Assembly: GCF_004010195.1 (NCBI RefSeq) | Contig: NC_057753.1 | Coordinates: forward strand, 15,075,345-15,139,344 | Length of the DNA: 64,000 nt | Direction: 5' to 3' | DNA from: Chiloscyllium plagiosum | Lineage: Eukaryota | In this document: positions 23,781 through 37,176 of the stretch, in pieces | Numbering within the stretch: position 1 is the first letter of the stretch | Layout: every line of letters starts with the position of its first letter | Translations under genes and position numbers: made by a program | The notes under the pieces: generated by a model | Database searches by the model: none | The model's input: only the letters and a program-made list of their open reading frames with translations | What the model was told of the DNA's origin: nothing

Positions 23781-25042
23781 ACCTTTCTGAGCCAGCCGCT
23801 AAACTGCTGCATCTTGAGGCAGGGCTGATAATAACATCAGTTTGCTGCCGGTGTTAGTGCTTCAAAAATTTACATCAAGTTTAGCCATATTTCCTGTTCT
23901 CTGCTTAGAGTTGTACCAAACGTAGTTTTAGAGACGATCTGAACAGAAATAGCAAGGCAGTTTGCGCGTGTTGTCTTGATTTGCATCTGTTTTTTGCCCA
24001 GAGTATTATCGCTTAAGTCAAGCAAACAACAAAAAAACTTTCAGTATTGTTAAGAAAATCTAAGCATCTGGAAGGATTTTCTGTTACACGTCGGTGCAGT
24101 GGACTTTGGACTAATCTTGAACTCGATTCTTGTAAAACACGAGTCAATGCGGTGTTTAAACGTTAATAGAACTCACACAAACACAGACATTTCTCTCCCG
24201 CCGTGCTTATAGCAAGGGCTGCTTGACCACGGTGTGATATAAGTAACATGTATAAGTGCTATATTAAGTCACAGATTCTGCATTCATAATTTATATAAAC
24301 ACATTTATGCAGAACTGATAGTTTTCAATTGATATTAGTTAATACCATAACCGTTCCAAAAAGACATGTCTCTGAAATATCCTGACTGAAACGTTTGCTT
24401 TACTTATTCTTGATGATGAATGCATTAAGTGAAAAAAAAACGAGGATAATAATCCTGCGATTCTTTTCCTGTTTTCTTTTCAAAAATATGACAATATCTG
24501 GTTTAGCCAGCACTCCCGAAATTCCAGATGAGTGTTGGTGATCTACATTCAGGAACCAGGGCATTCCATTGAGTCTGGGCACATCCACAATACCCAAGGA
24601 AGAGAATTACAGAATCGTGTTCAAGCATCAGCCAATTAAAACCAGTGTCTTTCCAGTCAGAATGGGCAATTCCATTTGGCGGAGTTTCTATTTTCTGTGC
24701 ACCTTTGCAGGCGGTCTGCTTGCCGTTTTGTTAGGTTCGAAAGGAACTTAGCTGAGTTCTTGGTGCTAAGTTGATGGTTGAGCGTTGGTCGTGGATGCAT
24801 TAAATGTTTGACACAACGGGATAATATTCATTAAGCATGCTTCAATGGTTACAGCAGCCTTTTGGGAAGCGACTGTCCAGGACAGAGTTATTAATGCTTC
24901 TAAATTTGGTTAATTAAATTAGACCACGTTTTTTGGAACATATTAAACTGATAATAATTGGATTTTATATCGATAATGCCGAATTTATGTGGTCTCATTT
25001 TAATTTTACTTGCTCTCTTTTGCGTCTCAGATTAAATTCGAA

Positions 25043-25328
25043 TAGTTTACTTGCAGTGTGGAAACTGGCCCTTCGGCCCAACAAGTCCACGCCGACCCGC
25101 CGAAGCGCAACCCACCCAGACCCATTCCCCTACATTTATCCCTGCCCCTAACACTACGGGCAATTTAGCATGGCCAATTCACCGAACCTGCACATTTTTG
25201 GACTGTGGGGGGAAACCTGAGCACCCGGAGGAAACCCACGCAGACACGGGGAGAATGTGCAAACTCCACACAGTCAGTCGCCTGAGGCGCGAATTCAACC
25301 CGGGTCTCTGGCGCTGTGAGGCAGCAGA
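25043..25328 (-). mobile_element. HE1-like V-SINE
   Basis: Near full-length reverse complement of 46328-46640. Confidence 0.9.
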
Positions 25329-25523
25329 GTGGCAATAGATAGAAAAAGAAACGTGCAGCGACTTTGTTTACTTTGCTCTATAACTATGTTTCACATTCGA
25401 GAAATTCGAATACGGTATAAGTTATTTTACAAACTGTTTAACACATGGTGAAAGGGCTTTCATATCTATATGTTCACAACAATTCTTGTAGTGTTTGTAT
25501 AACAGGTTCATAATTTTAAGAAA

Positions 25524-25724
25524 GTTATCACACAACACCAGGTTATAGTCCAAAAGGTTTATTTGCTATCACTATCTTTTGAAGGGCTGCTTGTTCAAAC
25601 ACCCGATGAAGAAGTAGCGCTTTGAAAGTTAGTCATTCCAAATAAACCTGTTGGACTATAACCTGGTATTGTGTGATTTTTAACTTTGTCCACTCCAGTC
25701 CAGCACCTGCACCTCCAAATCATG
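25524..25724 (+). mobile_element. Palindromic Penelope-derived element, decayed hammerhead (family of 55086-55283)
   Basis: Inverted arms cacacaacaccaggttatagtcca / tggactataacctggtattgtgtg; centre cacccgatgaagaagtagcgctttgaaagttagt. Confidence 0.75.
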
Positions 25725-25734
25725 ACTTTAAAGA

Positions 25735-25965
25735 AACGGTGAGAATTCTGGAAAAGCTCAGGAGATCGGGCAGCGTTTATAAAAACAAAAACATGTTTCG
25801 CATTTCGAGTCTGGTATGACTGTTCTTCAGAACTGAAATTCAGGCAATAAATATGTAATACCAGATTCGTAAAATTATCATGTGTCTCTCTCTATAGGGG
25901 CTGCTAGGCCTCCTGGGTTTCTCAAGCGTTCTCTGTATTTGATTCAGACTTTTACACTGCAGATT
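25735..25965. mobile_element. Old palindromic Penelope-derived element (third family)
   Basis: Degenerate inverted arms; minus strand ctgaagaacagtcataccagactcgaaa resembles a hammerhead core. Confidence 0.45.
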
Positions 25966-28430
25966 AGAATTCCTTTCGCCTGATGTCTAACTTGTTTTCG
26001 TCAATTTTGTTCAAGCATTTATACTGTTGCAACAAATAATGGTTAAAGATCAGAGATAGAAATTATGAAATCGTTGAAGGTAATTTAATTTGAAACGGTT
26101 GGGGATCAAATGGAAGGAGACCTGACAGGGGAGCGATGCAAGAATAATTTCTCACAGTCAGGGAAGGTGTTCAGAACCAGTGAATAAAAGATTTCAGCGT
26201 TTAGTTTGTGAACCGTCATGACCAGGAGTGTTGTGTTAGAATTACACGAATGGCTAAAAATGCTGAGATTGTCTAATGTTTCAGGTGTACAAGAATCCCA
26301 GAAGTCGATCTCTGAGGGCCCACCAAAAGACAACTCAGCAGATTTGTTAGAGAAGTAAAATTACTCTGGATCTAGGTCTCTTGTACATTTTGTTATTTCA
26401 TTCGACTTCAATCTTTTAGAGTTGTTAAACTGTTAGACACATTGCTTTGTTTCATACGACATCTATTTATCCAGAAATAAAAACAATCTCAGGTCAGACG
26501 ATAAATAACCTTCTGGAGAATTTATTAAATAATGCATGAAATATGAACTTGGAAGTTGCATAATTTATTCACCTTATATCGAGGTTATGAACAGTTGACT
26601 CTGATAGACAAATGTTTTTGTTATAAATGTGTACCATTAAGAAGAAACAAATGGGAGAAGACTTTCAAAAAGCAATGTTCCATTCAATTGTTTTTCTTTT
26701 ATTTGACTTGTGTTCTTTATTCCCAAAATTAATCACGACCCAGATATAATTCAAACTCCATTCAGGACGTTGTTTTCTTTTTGATCAATGACAAAAATCA
26801 TGTAAAACGAGACATGAAATGTATGTTCAATCTTAATCCACATTCAAAAGTGTCAATGGTCCTGCGTTTATGTCACTGTCAGTAATTTGGTTCATCATAT
26901 TGCCTTCCACGATTGTCAAATAATTGCATTATATAGATTTCAGATAAATCATACTTACATTTGAAGTCTAAATAAACAATGCATGTTTCTGAAAAGTCTT
27001 CTTCCCCGTATGTAGTTAAAGTAGACTGGAAATAATGTGTCATGCTATTACATCTATTCAGCTGGATGTATTCAGAAATAGACGTAAGGATAGAGTATAC
27101 CAGAGTGAAATGTGTAGAACTCAGTAATTACACCCACTCTAAGCTCATTTCACATTGAAAGATTTGTCCTCCGCAAAGTTGCAATAGAATTATCATGTGA
27201 AGTAAAAAAAAGTGTTCAAACGCACATGCATGTTCTGAAATAATCAGAATTGTCTGTCATAGCATCCAGTCTACTGTGGCAAACAAAATTGTTTCAGTGG
27301 TCCAAGTTTGTAACAGTGCTCCGATTAATTACTGTATTCGAAATGATGCCACTGATCTGACGTGAATTTATTGTTTTCAAAACTGCCTGGATAGTGAGGA
27401 ACAGCAGAAGTCTGCTATATCAGATTGAGGCCAGCAGCCTATCGTGTGCAATACTGTGCAGACAGTTTCAAAAGTTATTTAATATCGTTCCTACCTATTT
27501 TTCTCTTCGAAATTATCTGAGCTCCTGCAAATTTAAATAATGTGGGGTCTTTGGAACAGTGTATGAAATAATTGCTACAAATTCTTGCAACCATAGCAAT
27601 TATTCAGTAGTATATGGGACAATAGCTGATCCGATGTGTTGTCGAATTAAGTGAAAAAGAGCAGGCTGAGAAAGAGGAAGGGCTGACATTTTATTGGATG
27701 AAAAAGGATAATAACCCAGTGGAGGTATCAACTGGTAAGATATTAGTTTATATTTTTATTGTTCATTTATCATGACGAACTACACTAAAATCAAAGCAAT
27801 ATATATATTTAGCATTGAATTGTAGGGATATTGCCAATGCACCATAAACGGGTAAAAATATGGTTCAAGTAGATGAATGATTTTTGTAAGAGAATTTTCA
27901 CATGCGGTCTGAATAAATCACAGCCAGCGCTGAGTGACCATTTGTGAACACATCTAATGAACTCCCCGTTTTGCCTTAATGCGTAAAAGCAGAAATTAAA
28001 TGATTCCGAGATGGAAATCAATGAATTCAAGTTTTGCAGATTATTCAGAAGTTACATGGGAAAGAACTCGCAGGAAACTAAACATTATCAAAGTTTATGA
28101 CACATGCAGGGAAATTGGAATAGGAGTACAATATATTATCAATGAACATAACTAAAAGGGCAAACTCAATAAATATTTGAACTTTTATAAAATGCCAAAT
28201 CCTGTCCTCAGTTCAAACGAACGTGAAAGTACATATTCAGAGTAACAATTTGAGGGTGATGAGGAAAGGCAATAGAACTGAGTAAGCAGTCTGTTGAAAG
28301 AAGAGCGCAGGCTTCTTTGACAGAATGACCTCTTTGCTTGGATCATTTGAACTATTTTTTGGACAATTACACATCAAACTCTCTCCATTTGCCAATATTA
28401 GAACTGTATGTCTTGGAGTTTGAATGATTG

Positions 28431-28773
28431 AATCATAGAATCCCTACAGTGTGGAAAACAGACCCTTCGGCCACACAAGTCCACACCGACCCTCTAATGT
28501 GTATCCCACCCAGACCCAATTCCGTAGCCAATTACTCCATATTTCCCCCGAGTAGTGCACCTAACCTACACATCCCTGAACACTACAGATAATTTAGCAA
28601 ATCCAATGCACCTAACCTGTACATCTTTGGATTGTGGGTGAAAAAAAACAGCGCACCAAGAGGAAACCCATGCAGACACGGGGAGAATATTGCAAGCTCC
28701 ACACAGACAGCCAGCCGAGGATAGACTCGAACACGGGTCTCTGCTGGATAGCAGCGTTAAACAATGAGCCACC
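28431..28773 (-). mobile_element. HE1-like V-SINE, present in unit A only
   Basis: V-domain and tail; absent from the homologous position near 36550. Confidence 0.85.
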
Positions 28774-29391
28774 TTTTAGGCTACATTCATACTGACCCTT
28801 GCTGCTGCCAGGTAGACAGGGCAACAGCATAAAACATAATGTTCAAGGTGCCAAATGCAACCCTGAGAAAGAATTCCACTTTTCGAATTTTTTTGCTGAC
28901 TAGTTATTGTGAGCCATTGTCCTTTCCAGTTTTGATGTGCGAGTTAAAATCTTACATTACTGCAAACATTTGATGCGAGTGCCTTGCTTTGTCCACTAGG
29001 AAATATGAATGCTCTGTATGGGGATCATAATGATGTTGTGTACGTCCTCAGTGCAGTATCAAACAGAACAATCAGAAATTTTGTGAGAACTTCACACTGC
29101 CAATTCATGGATCACAAACGGGCTCATCAGGGTCGCAGTCCATTTGGTTGTCTGCCTGTGTGGAAATAAATCGTTTGAATTCTTGCAAAGAAATGACCCA
29201 TTGTTGTTTCATGCGGAAATCACATCCCCTGGTTTATATATTTTTTCTTGACATCATGATTTCACACTTCCAATCATCATTTATTTCGCAAATTAATGAC
29301 AATGCTTATCTGCAGTTCAGTTGTATCTGTCGAGCTTATTTCTAAGTGTGACATTGATTCCTCACACTTTATTGTTATTCCTCTATTTCAG

Positions 29392-29424
29392 GCAGACTTG
29401 TCGACACTCAGGCCGTTAGCACAG
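29392..29424 (+). CDS. SRCR receptor gene, 33-nt microexon (GRLVDTQAVST)
   Basis: tttcag|...acag|gtaaat, phase 1-1; splice sites and length conserved in duplicate 37144-37176. Confidence 0.75.
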
Positions 29425-30310
29425 GTAAATGCATGTTATTATCATATGGAGTAGAATCGCGAAACTCTGGTGCCTCCATCCAAATACCAGGTCGTGGTGT
29501 TAATCTCCATGAATTAATTTTTATGTGTGAAGCAACTGTGGTTGCATAACTGAAGGGGGATGCATTACTCCCAAAGTTCTCTATTTTGAAGAATTCTGAA
29601 GGTGACAGTTTGAGCGCTGATCTCCCATTCACACTGCTGTTCTCAGGTAGTTAGTGAGTGACTGAGGATTCCTGCAGAGAAGGGTGTGAACGATCAGCTC
29701 CCACTTTTAATGCTGTTATCAGTTAGAGAGACAATGAACGGGGAGAGCGTGAAAAAATAACCCACAAACACAGTGCTGCCGTTGAAATCCCATTTTAATT
29801 AATTCAGTCACCGTTGAACAGTGGTATTGGTCTCACATGACCACAAAACCCACAATATTTCTGTCTATGTTAGGCGGGAGTACTGTTTCATTTTCTGATG
29901 CTGCCAGGCCGGGTCCATGGAGTTTTCTCACCAGTAAGTGCTGAGCACGACGGAAAGCAGATCATTCCTGACCCGCCCCTCTCGGCTTTCCTGTAGTTGA
30001 AATATTTTCTGAATGCTTGCCTGGATGGCTGCAGCTTCAACAATACAGAAGAAGCTTGACACTAGCCCTCGCTGAATTGGCACCAAATCCACAAATATCC
30101 AATCCATCCATCACCGATGCTCAGCAGCAGCAGAGTGAACCTTCGACAAGAGGCCCTGCTGAAATGCACCAATGCTCCTTGGTCAGCATCTGCTAAACAG
30201 TCGACTAATTCCATTGAAAGGACAAGGGACAACACATACCTGGGATAACCAAAACCGCCATCCAGTCTTGGAGATATATGGCTGATTCAGAATTCTCGAA
30301 TTCCCTCCCT

Positions 30311-30519
30311 GAGGAGAAAATGAGGTCTGCAGATGCTGGAGATCAGAGATGGAAATGTGTTGCTGGAGAAGCGCAGCAGGTCAGGCAGCATCTAGGGAAC
30401 ACGAGAATCGACGTTTCGGGCATTAGCCCTTCTTCAGGTTCCTAGGGAAACGTCGATTCTCCTGTTCCCTAGATGCTGCCTGACCTGCTGCGCTTCTCCA
30501 GCAACACATTTCCATCTCT
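30311..30519 (-). mobile_element. Young palindromic Penelope-derived element with TSD
   Basis: 73-bp inverted arms 30345-30417 / 30447-30519 with 1 mismatch; direct repeat ttccctccctgagg at 30301-30314 and 30519-30532; empty site in unit B near 37910. Confidence 0.88.
30410..30437 (-). ncRNA. Minimal hammerhead ribozyme core (PLE type)
   Basis: Minus strand CUGAAGA-A-GGGC-UAAU-GCCC-GAAA-C-GUC. Confidence 0.7.
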
Positions 30520-30935
30520 TCCCTCCCTGAGGGCATTGTGACTCTACTGACAGCACATGGACTGCAGTGGTTCAAGCAGGTAGCTCACCACCACCTACTG
30601 AAGGAGACGAAGTCGGATCAGAGATAAGTGCTGACTCAGGAAACGACTTCCATGTCCCATGAATGAATAATAAAAATATTAACACGATGTCGTGTTTAGA
30701 ATATTTGTTTCTTTGGAAACATTTCTCTGACCCTCGCGATCTGTGTGAATACCATCCAATTAAACGTCCCTTCCACGTTCACCATATGCTGTTCGTATTC
30801 TGAGTTATGTTGTTGCAGAGTGTAGGTGTGCCATCCCCTCACAGCCATTGCGTGGTGAATGGGGGATGTGAGCTGTGATAAGAGTTTTCATGTTTATAGG
30901 TTGTTATGTTTTCTTGCTATTCCTATATTTTGCAG

Positions 30936-31250
30936 AGTCGGTAAGGCTGAGACTTGAGAATGGGGGCAGTCCTTGTGCTGGTCGAGTGGGGATTCACTAC
31001 TTTTCGTTGTGGGGGACTGTGAATGATGCCGAATGGGACCTTCTGGATGCCTCTGTTGTTTGTCGGGAGCTGGACTGTGGGAGTGCGGTCTCTGCCCCAA
31101 GGCAGGCTTACTTTGGAGAAGGATCCGGACCCATTATGACCCGGAACGTTGAGTGCAATGGGACCGAGCGCTCTCTGCGGGACTGTCAATCAGTGAGATG
31201 GGCTCACTACTCCAGGTCACACTCCAATGATGCTGGTGTCATCTGTTCAG
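30936..31250 (+). CDS. SRCR domain exon 1 (6-Cys variant, unit A)
   Basis: tgcag| and |gtaaaa, 315 nt, phase 1-1; LRLENGGSPCAGRV..WGTV..DASVVCRELDCG..DAGVICS. Confidence 0.92.
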
Positions 31251-31821
31251 GTAAAAAAACGATTGCCGTTTCTGTGTAGTTGTATCACAACCCGGCACTA
31301 TGTGAATCCAGAAAAGAATACGACGACAGAACGACAGTTGTTCAACAACTAACAACATCATTATAACAGTACCACTGATTTATCCATTACAATTTTATAA
31401 CGAGTTCAATATTTGAAGATAATGTGACAAATGAGTACCTGTTGCTGTTTGCACTCCGGTGAAGCAGCAGGAACAGGTGTCCATTGTGTTGTCATTTGAA
31501 GCCACATTGAGAGAGCTGCACCGCTGGAACTATCACGTATACATCCCAACGTATCATGGAATTCGATATTGTGCTTGCCGGCAGAATCATTTTGCGTCAA
31601 TTATCCGCTGACTGAAAGTTTTTATCCCTCTATCAGACCAGCTGAGGCTCCGGTATCTGGTGGTGACTATAAACGAGGTCGACAGAGTACCAGACCCGCA
31701 TAGAATGATGGAACGTTTCATAAGCGAATGTGACAATCTGTCATTAATCAGATGAATGTTCATTAGTCATAATGTAATTATTGTTGTTGCAATTTGTATT
31801 GATTCAGTGATTTTTTTCCAG

Positions 31822-32136
31822 ACCACACCCTTCCCAGATTGGTACCTGGCAATTCACAATGCTTTGGAAGACTGGAGATCCAGTTCGGTGACACCTGGAA
31901 AACAGTGTGTGGTCTTGACTGGGATTTGAAAAACGCCAATGTGGTCTGTGTGCAACTTCATTGTGGGGTTGCCGTGTCTGTGTCAAGCTCTGCTTATTCG
32001 GGAGGCGGTAATGTGCTCATGGCTACTGAGGTCATTCAATGTACGGGAAATGAGACTCATCTGGAGAATTGCCCTCGGTCTACAGCCATTCACCAGGATT
32101 GCAGTGCACACAACAATGTCACCCTGATATGTTCAG
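31822..32136 (+). CDS. SRCR domain exon 2 (8 Cys, unit A)
   Basis: ttccag| and |gtgagt, 315 nt; PRLVPGNSQCFGRLE..WKTVC..ANVVCVQLHCG..VTLICS. Confidence 0.92.
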
Positions 32137-35100
32137 GTGAGTCCAGAGTCAATGAAATAAAAACGGGCTACTTTTCGCTTTAATATTTGTGGAAGTGATG
32201 GCGCAGGGCTTCCTGAATTAGTCAATCAGTGTCAAATCTAAACCAATCCTTCTGATTTCCAGTGTGATCATGCGCTAAATACAACGTGGTAAAATATACC
32301 CGCAACTATTGGAAATTAAGATGTTTCAAAATGTTTGCACTTGCATTGGAAAGAAATTTCTTCAAACTGTTTAACAGTCTGCACTCAACGTACGTTGTTG
32401 GCTGGATTGTCTGAAGGGAAATCATTTTGATAATAGTAAGCACAAATTAATATATACACATTGAAGTGAGTATCGGACAATTAAATTAATGTCAAGATTG
32501 AGGTCTTTTGCTTTTTCCTTTCATGCACCAAAAATAATTTTGAACAACGTTTCTAAACTGTTTGAAATTATTGAACATCACTCTCCCACAAGTTCTTCAG
32601 CAAGAATTTCCAGCTCACAATGCGTCATCGTCTGACATGTATCATCATGTTATTTGTTCCACCATTGTATTCTGAAGCTAACATGCGTCTTAAGGTGATC
32701 TATCTCGTCCCCTCACTTTTCACATTAATTTCCAGTTATCTTGACTGAATATCACGGTGTATTTTATAATAGTCTCCGTGTCATCAACTGAATCATTCAT
32801 TGTCATTCTAATGCAAGCACACTTCTTCCCCTCACCTTACTATTCATGCCCCTGACTTTTCCGATGATCAGTTTATGGCTCAATTATTTTTCTTCACCTG
32901 CCTTGATGGAGCCAATCACATTCTTGCATGACTGTGTCTGTGCCAGTGCGACTGCTTAAAAGCCAAACACATCTAGTCCAATACAACCTTGTCGAAAATA
33001 GAAACTTTTTTCATATTTCTGTTAGAGTTTCACTCATCTGCATCTCCTCAATGGCCATGACACAATTTGTGAATAACGTGTTGAACATAATTGTACACAA
33101 TGCTTTTATACCAGCCTCGGATAACTCGATAAAAGTCATCATAACGTCTCTGTTTCTGCAAAGAATAATTCCATTGACAACTTTAAGTTCATATTGCATT
33201 GCTGATTTCTCTGACAGGCACTCTATCAATTTCAACCATTTCCACTTTTGAAGCCCTTGGTCCTTCTGTCTGAACACACTTTTTCAAAACGTAGATGTTG
33301 AAGAAATAAAAAAAACTTTAAGTATATCTTCCAAGTAAGTTTCTAGGCTGCCAAAATGTATCCTGCCATCTTTCTTTGCCTTAAGTTCCACCCACCATTT
33401 GTCTATCCTTCTGCTGTCATTTGCATGCCCAACTAAAATTTGCAGCCGCCATGATTTGAACACATCAATGTCTGATTTCATGTGCTAATTTGCATTTCAA
33501 TACAAATTTGGGGCAGTCTATGCCCAACGCAAAAATCACTTATACACAGCTTGTTAACGACATCCTTAGTTTGTCATATAAGTTTTATAGAGGTTTAGTT
33601 TTCCGATTTTCTGGCGATTTTGCAGGACTGATTTACTTATCTTTCTCCAATAAATTTAATTGGTTGAAGGATAAAACGGAAACACATGAAGTAGAAGGGA
33701 GCACATATGTAGGAAAAAAAAAACAGAAGCTGGCTTGGAGATTGAAGCTTGTCATGGGGACAATTGCATATTTCAAACAGTATCTGATTCATTGTTCGGG
33801 CCTCCTGGGTTTCTTCATCGTTCTCTTTACTTCAGACTTCCAGCCTTCAGAGCATTTTTCCTTTCGTCTGGTGACTTAGTTGTTTTGATGCTTTTGTGCA
33901 CGGGTTTATATTGTTGTAGTAGACAATAGTTACAATGCAGAGAGAGAAATCGTCAAATCCTTAGAGGTTATTTAATTTGAAACCTTGAAGGAGAATTTGA
34001 AACTTCGAAGGAGACCTGAGTGAGGACCGATGCAAGACTAGTTTGTCATGGAAAGAAAAACAGTTGAAAAAAAAAGTTTCTGACTTTCCTTTTTGAACCT
34101 TCGTGACCAGGAGTGTTTCGTTGGAATTATGCAAATGATTAAAATGCTGAGCGTGTCTAATCTTTCACGAGACACAAGTAGTCCAGAAATAGACCTCTCA
34201 GTTCACAGAAAAGGAACTGAGAATAATCCACTACGAGAGGCCAGCAGATCTGTTAGAGAAGTAAAACTATTCTGGATCTGATTGTTTTCTATGTCATTTA
34301 TTTCATAGAATACTTTGCAATCTTTCTAAGTTGTGAAATAGGTAGACAAATTGACTTGTTCCATATAATATTTATTTATTCAGTAATGAGAACATTCTCG
34401 GATCAGATGACAAATAACGTCATGGTGAATTGCTTCATTCATTATGTTGTTGAAGTTGTTGTTGTTAGACAGTTGGAGAAGTGCATGAAGTATGAGCTTG
34501 GAAGTTGCATGAGCCATTTCAATATTCACTTCATACCGATGTTATGAACAACTGATTCCTTGACATGCGTTTGCTCTTTTATAAATGTAGTTATTCAAGG
34601 AAAGACAAATGGGAGAAACGTTTTGAGGAAGCAATGTTCAAGTGAAATTGTTCTCGTTTAGTGTGACTCGAATTCTTCATTACTGAAATTATTCCAGTAC
34701 TCGGGTAGATTTCAAAATCCATTCCGCAGGTTGTTTTATTATTAAAAAAATAACGAATATCAGACATATCATAACGTGAATATAATAGTTGACATCTACT
34801 TTGTTTTATTTCGTGTTCAAAGTTAATTCACGTTCAAAATTGACAACTGGTCTGCATTTCTGTCACTGTCAGTAATTTGTTTCTTTATAGTCTCCGTCAG
34901 GATTGACATTTGATGGCATTACGAAATTTCATTCAAACTGACGTTACATTTTTAAACCTAAATAAACGGTACAGTTAAATAAAAAGTTCCTGTCCCCATG
35001 TTTAGCTGAAGCAGACTGGAAATGGCCTTGCCATATTGTTAGTTATACTCATTCAGCAGGACGTCGGCAGTAATCTGCATAAGGATAAAATATTTCAGAG

Positions 35101-37143
35101 TAGAGCTTACTGATTACACTACTGTCAGCTCATTCCAATTTAAAATTATGTCCTGTGCAACGTTGCAATAGAATAATCATGTGAGGTAGCAAAGTTTAAA
35201 AAGTGTTCAAACGTTCATGCATGTTCTGAAACAACAAGAATTATTCCATAATAATATCCAATTTGGAGACGCAAACATAATTAGCTCAGTCGTGTCAGAT
35301 TGTACCAGTGCTGAAATCAGTTACTATGTTCAAAATAATGGCACTGAATAATGACATGTATTCATTCTATTCGAAAACTCTGCAGTTAGTGAGGAAACTC
35401 AAATGTCTAATATATCACTTTGAGGTCAACAGCTTATCTTTTGCAATACTATGCAGGGAGTCCCAAAAGATATTTAACACGTTTCGATATTTGTTTCTAC
35501 TAACTCAAAAGAGCTCTGCAATTTTAAGTATTTTGGTATATATGCAACAGTGTACGAAATAATAGTTTGAAATTCTCACAACCATAGTAATTGAGTAGTA
35601 TATTGTAAAACAGGTGATCCAGTGTGTGATTTAATGCAGTGAAAAGGGACAAGCTGAGAAATAGGAAATACTGAAATTTTCTTGGATGACAATATCCTAG
35701 TCCATGCGCCAGCTGGCAAGGCATTGCTACAGATTTTTGATCTTCATTTTCCGCGACTAACCACATTCTGAAAAAAAAAACAATGATTATTCAGCATAGA
35801 ATTGTTTCCGTGCTGTACATCTCTATGACTCTATGACTCTAATTGAAGTGACGTTGCTCACACATCTTAGCTGGTAAAAATGATTTGGTTACTTCGATGA
35901 ATGTAGGTTATTAGAGACGACGTGCAATGGGAACTGAGAAAATCAAATCTAGCACTGAGTTACCAACTGTGAACACATCTGACAGATGGCCTGTGCTGGT
36001 TAAATGCCTGAAAGCATAAATAACGTTGTTCAGAGATTGAAAATAAGGAATTCGAGGTTTATAGAATATTTAGCATTGGCATGGGAAAGAATTTGCAGAT
36101 AGCCAAAAATCATCAAAATAGCAACAATAAGTGTCAGTCATGAATAATATCTAATAGGACACACAATCGGAGAAGGTTAACTAAATTTAAATTTCAAAGA
36201 TGTTTCGATTCTTGCGTTTACTTGTGATAGGAGTCGAAGTTATTTTCAATGAACAGCATTAATAGAGTAGGCTCGGTAAACCCTTGGATTTTTACAAAGT
36301 GCGTTATGGGTTCGTCACCATCCTGCCCCCAGTGCAATTCAACGTGAGTAATACTTACTCAGAGCGACTTTTTGAGGGCAAAAAGGAAAGGGCATGGAAT
36401 TAATTAAGCAGTGTGTTAAAATAGGTAGCATCGAATCCTTGGACAGAATGACCTTCTTGCTTTGTTTTGACCACTGGAATTGTTTGTAGTCAGTTACATA
36501 TTGAACTCTCTCTCATGATCCATGTTAAAACCACATGTCCTAGATTTGGGGAAATTAAAAATTCCTATTAGACGTTATTCATGACTGTCACTTATTGCTG
36601 CTATTCAGGCAGGCAACAAAATAAAACCTAATCCTTAAGGTGCTAAATGCATCACTTGGAAAATAAAACCTTACATTCTGGATTTATTTGCTGACCCGTT
36701 ACTGTGAGTCGTTGTTTATTTCAGTTTTGTTGCTCGAGTAAAAATCTTAAACGTCTGCAAACTTTTTGATGGGGGCACTTTGCTTTGGCCACTCGGAAAT
36801 ATTAATGCTCTGTATGGGGATCATAACGATTTTGAGTAAGTCGGCAGCCAACACATGGATCACAAATAGGCTCACCAACGTCCCAATGCATCGGGTTGGC
36901 AGTGATTCTGCCTGTGTGCAATCTATTCAGTTACATTTCAGAAGATGTTTGACCTTATATGTTTGCTGCAGAAATGACATTTCCTGTTTCATGTGTATTG
37001 CTTGAAATTATGATTTCACAGTTCCAGATATCATGTATGTCGCCAATTAATGACATTTGTTAGCCTCACGTTATTGTTTTTTAAAGTTTGTTTCGAAGAG
37101 TTGCCTTGCATCCTGATACTTTATTTATATTCCTGTGTTTCAG

Positions 37144-37176
37144 GCAGACTTGACGACACTCAGACCAGTAGCACAG
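37144..37176 (+). CDS. 33-nt microexon, unit B (GRLDDTQTSST)
   Basis: tttcag|...acag|gtaatt, phase 1-1. Confidence 0.78.

Larger units (their letters stand above)
30010..30680 (+). mobile_element. L2-like LINE 3' fragment, interrupted by a palindromic element
   Basis: gcttgcctggatggctgcagc..ggactgcagtggttcaag..cccatgaatgaataataaaaa; paralogous copy at 37595-38065. Confidence 0.65.
25900..33710 (+). repeat. Tandem segmental duplication unit A (microexon + SRCR a + SRCR b + introns)
   Basis: Colinear similarity to 33790-41055 throughout (26080 vs 33968; 27200 vs 35180; 29392 vs 37144; 33650 vs 41000). Confidence 0.9.

Noticed and set aside
37050..37176. ORF MTFVSLTLLFFKVCFEELPCILILYLYSCVS reading into the microexon as a possible signal peptide
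   Set aside because: Runs through a polypyrimidine tract and AG acceptor, and the frame is not conserved in unit A; most likely intron read-through
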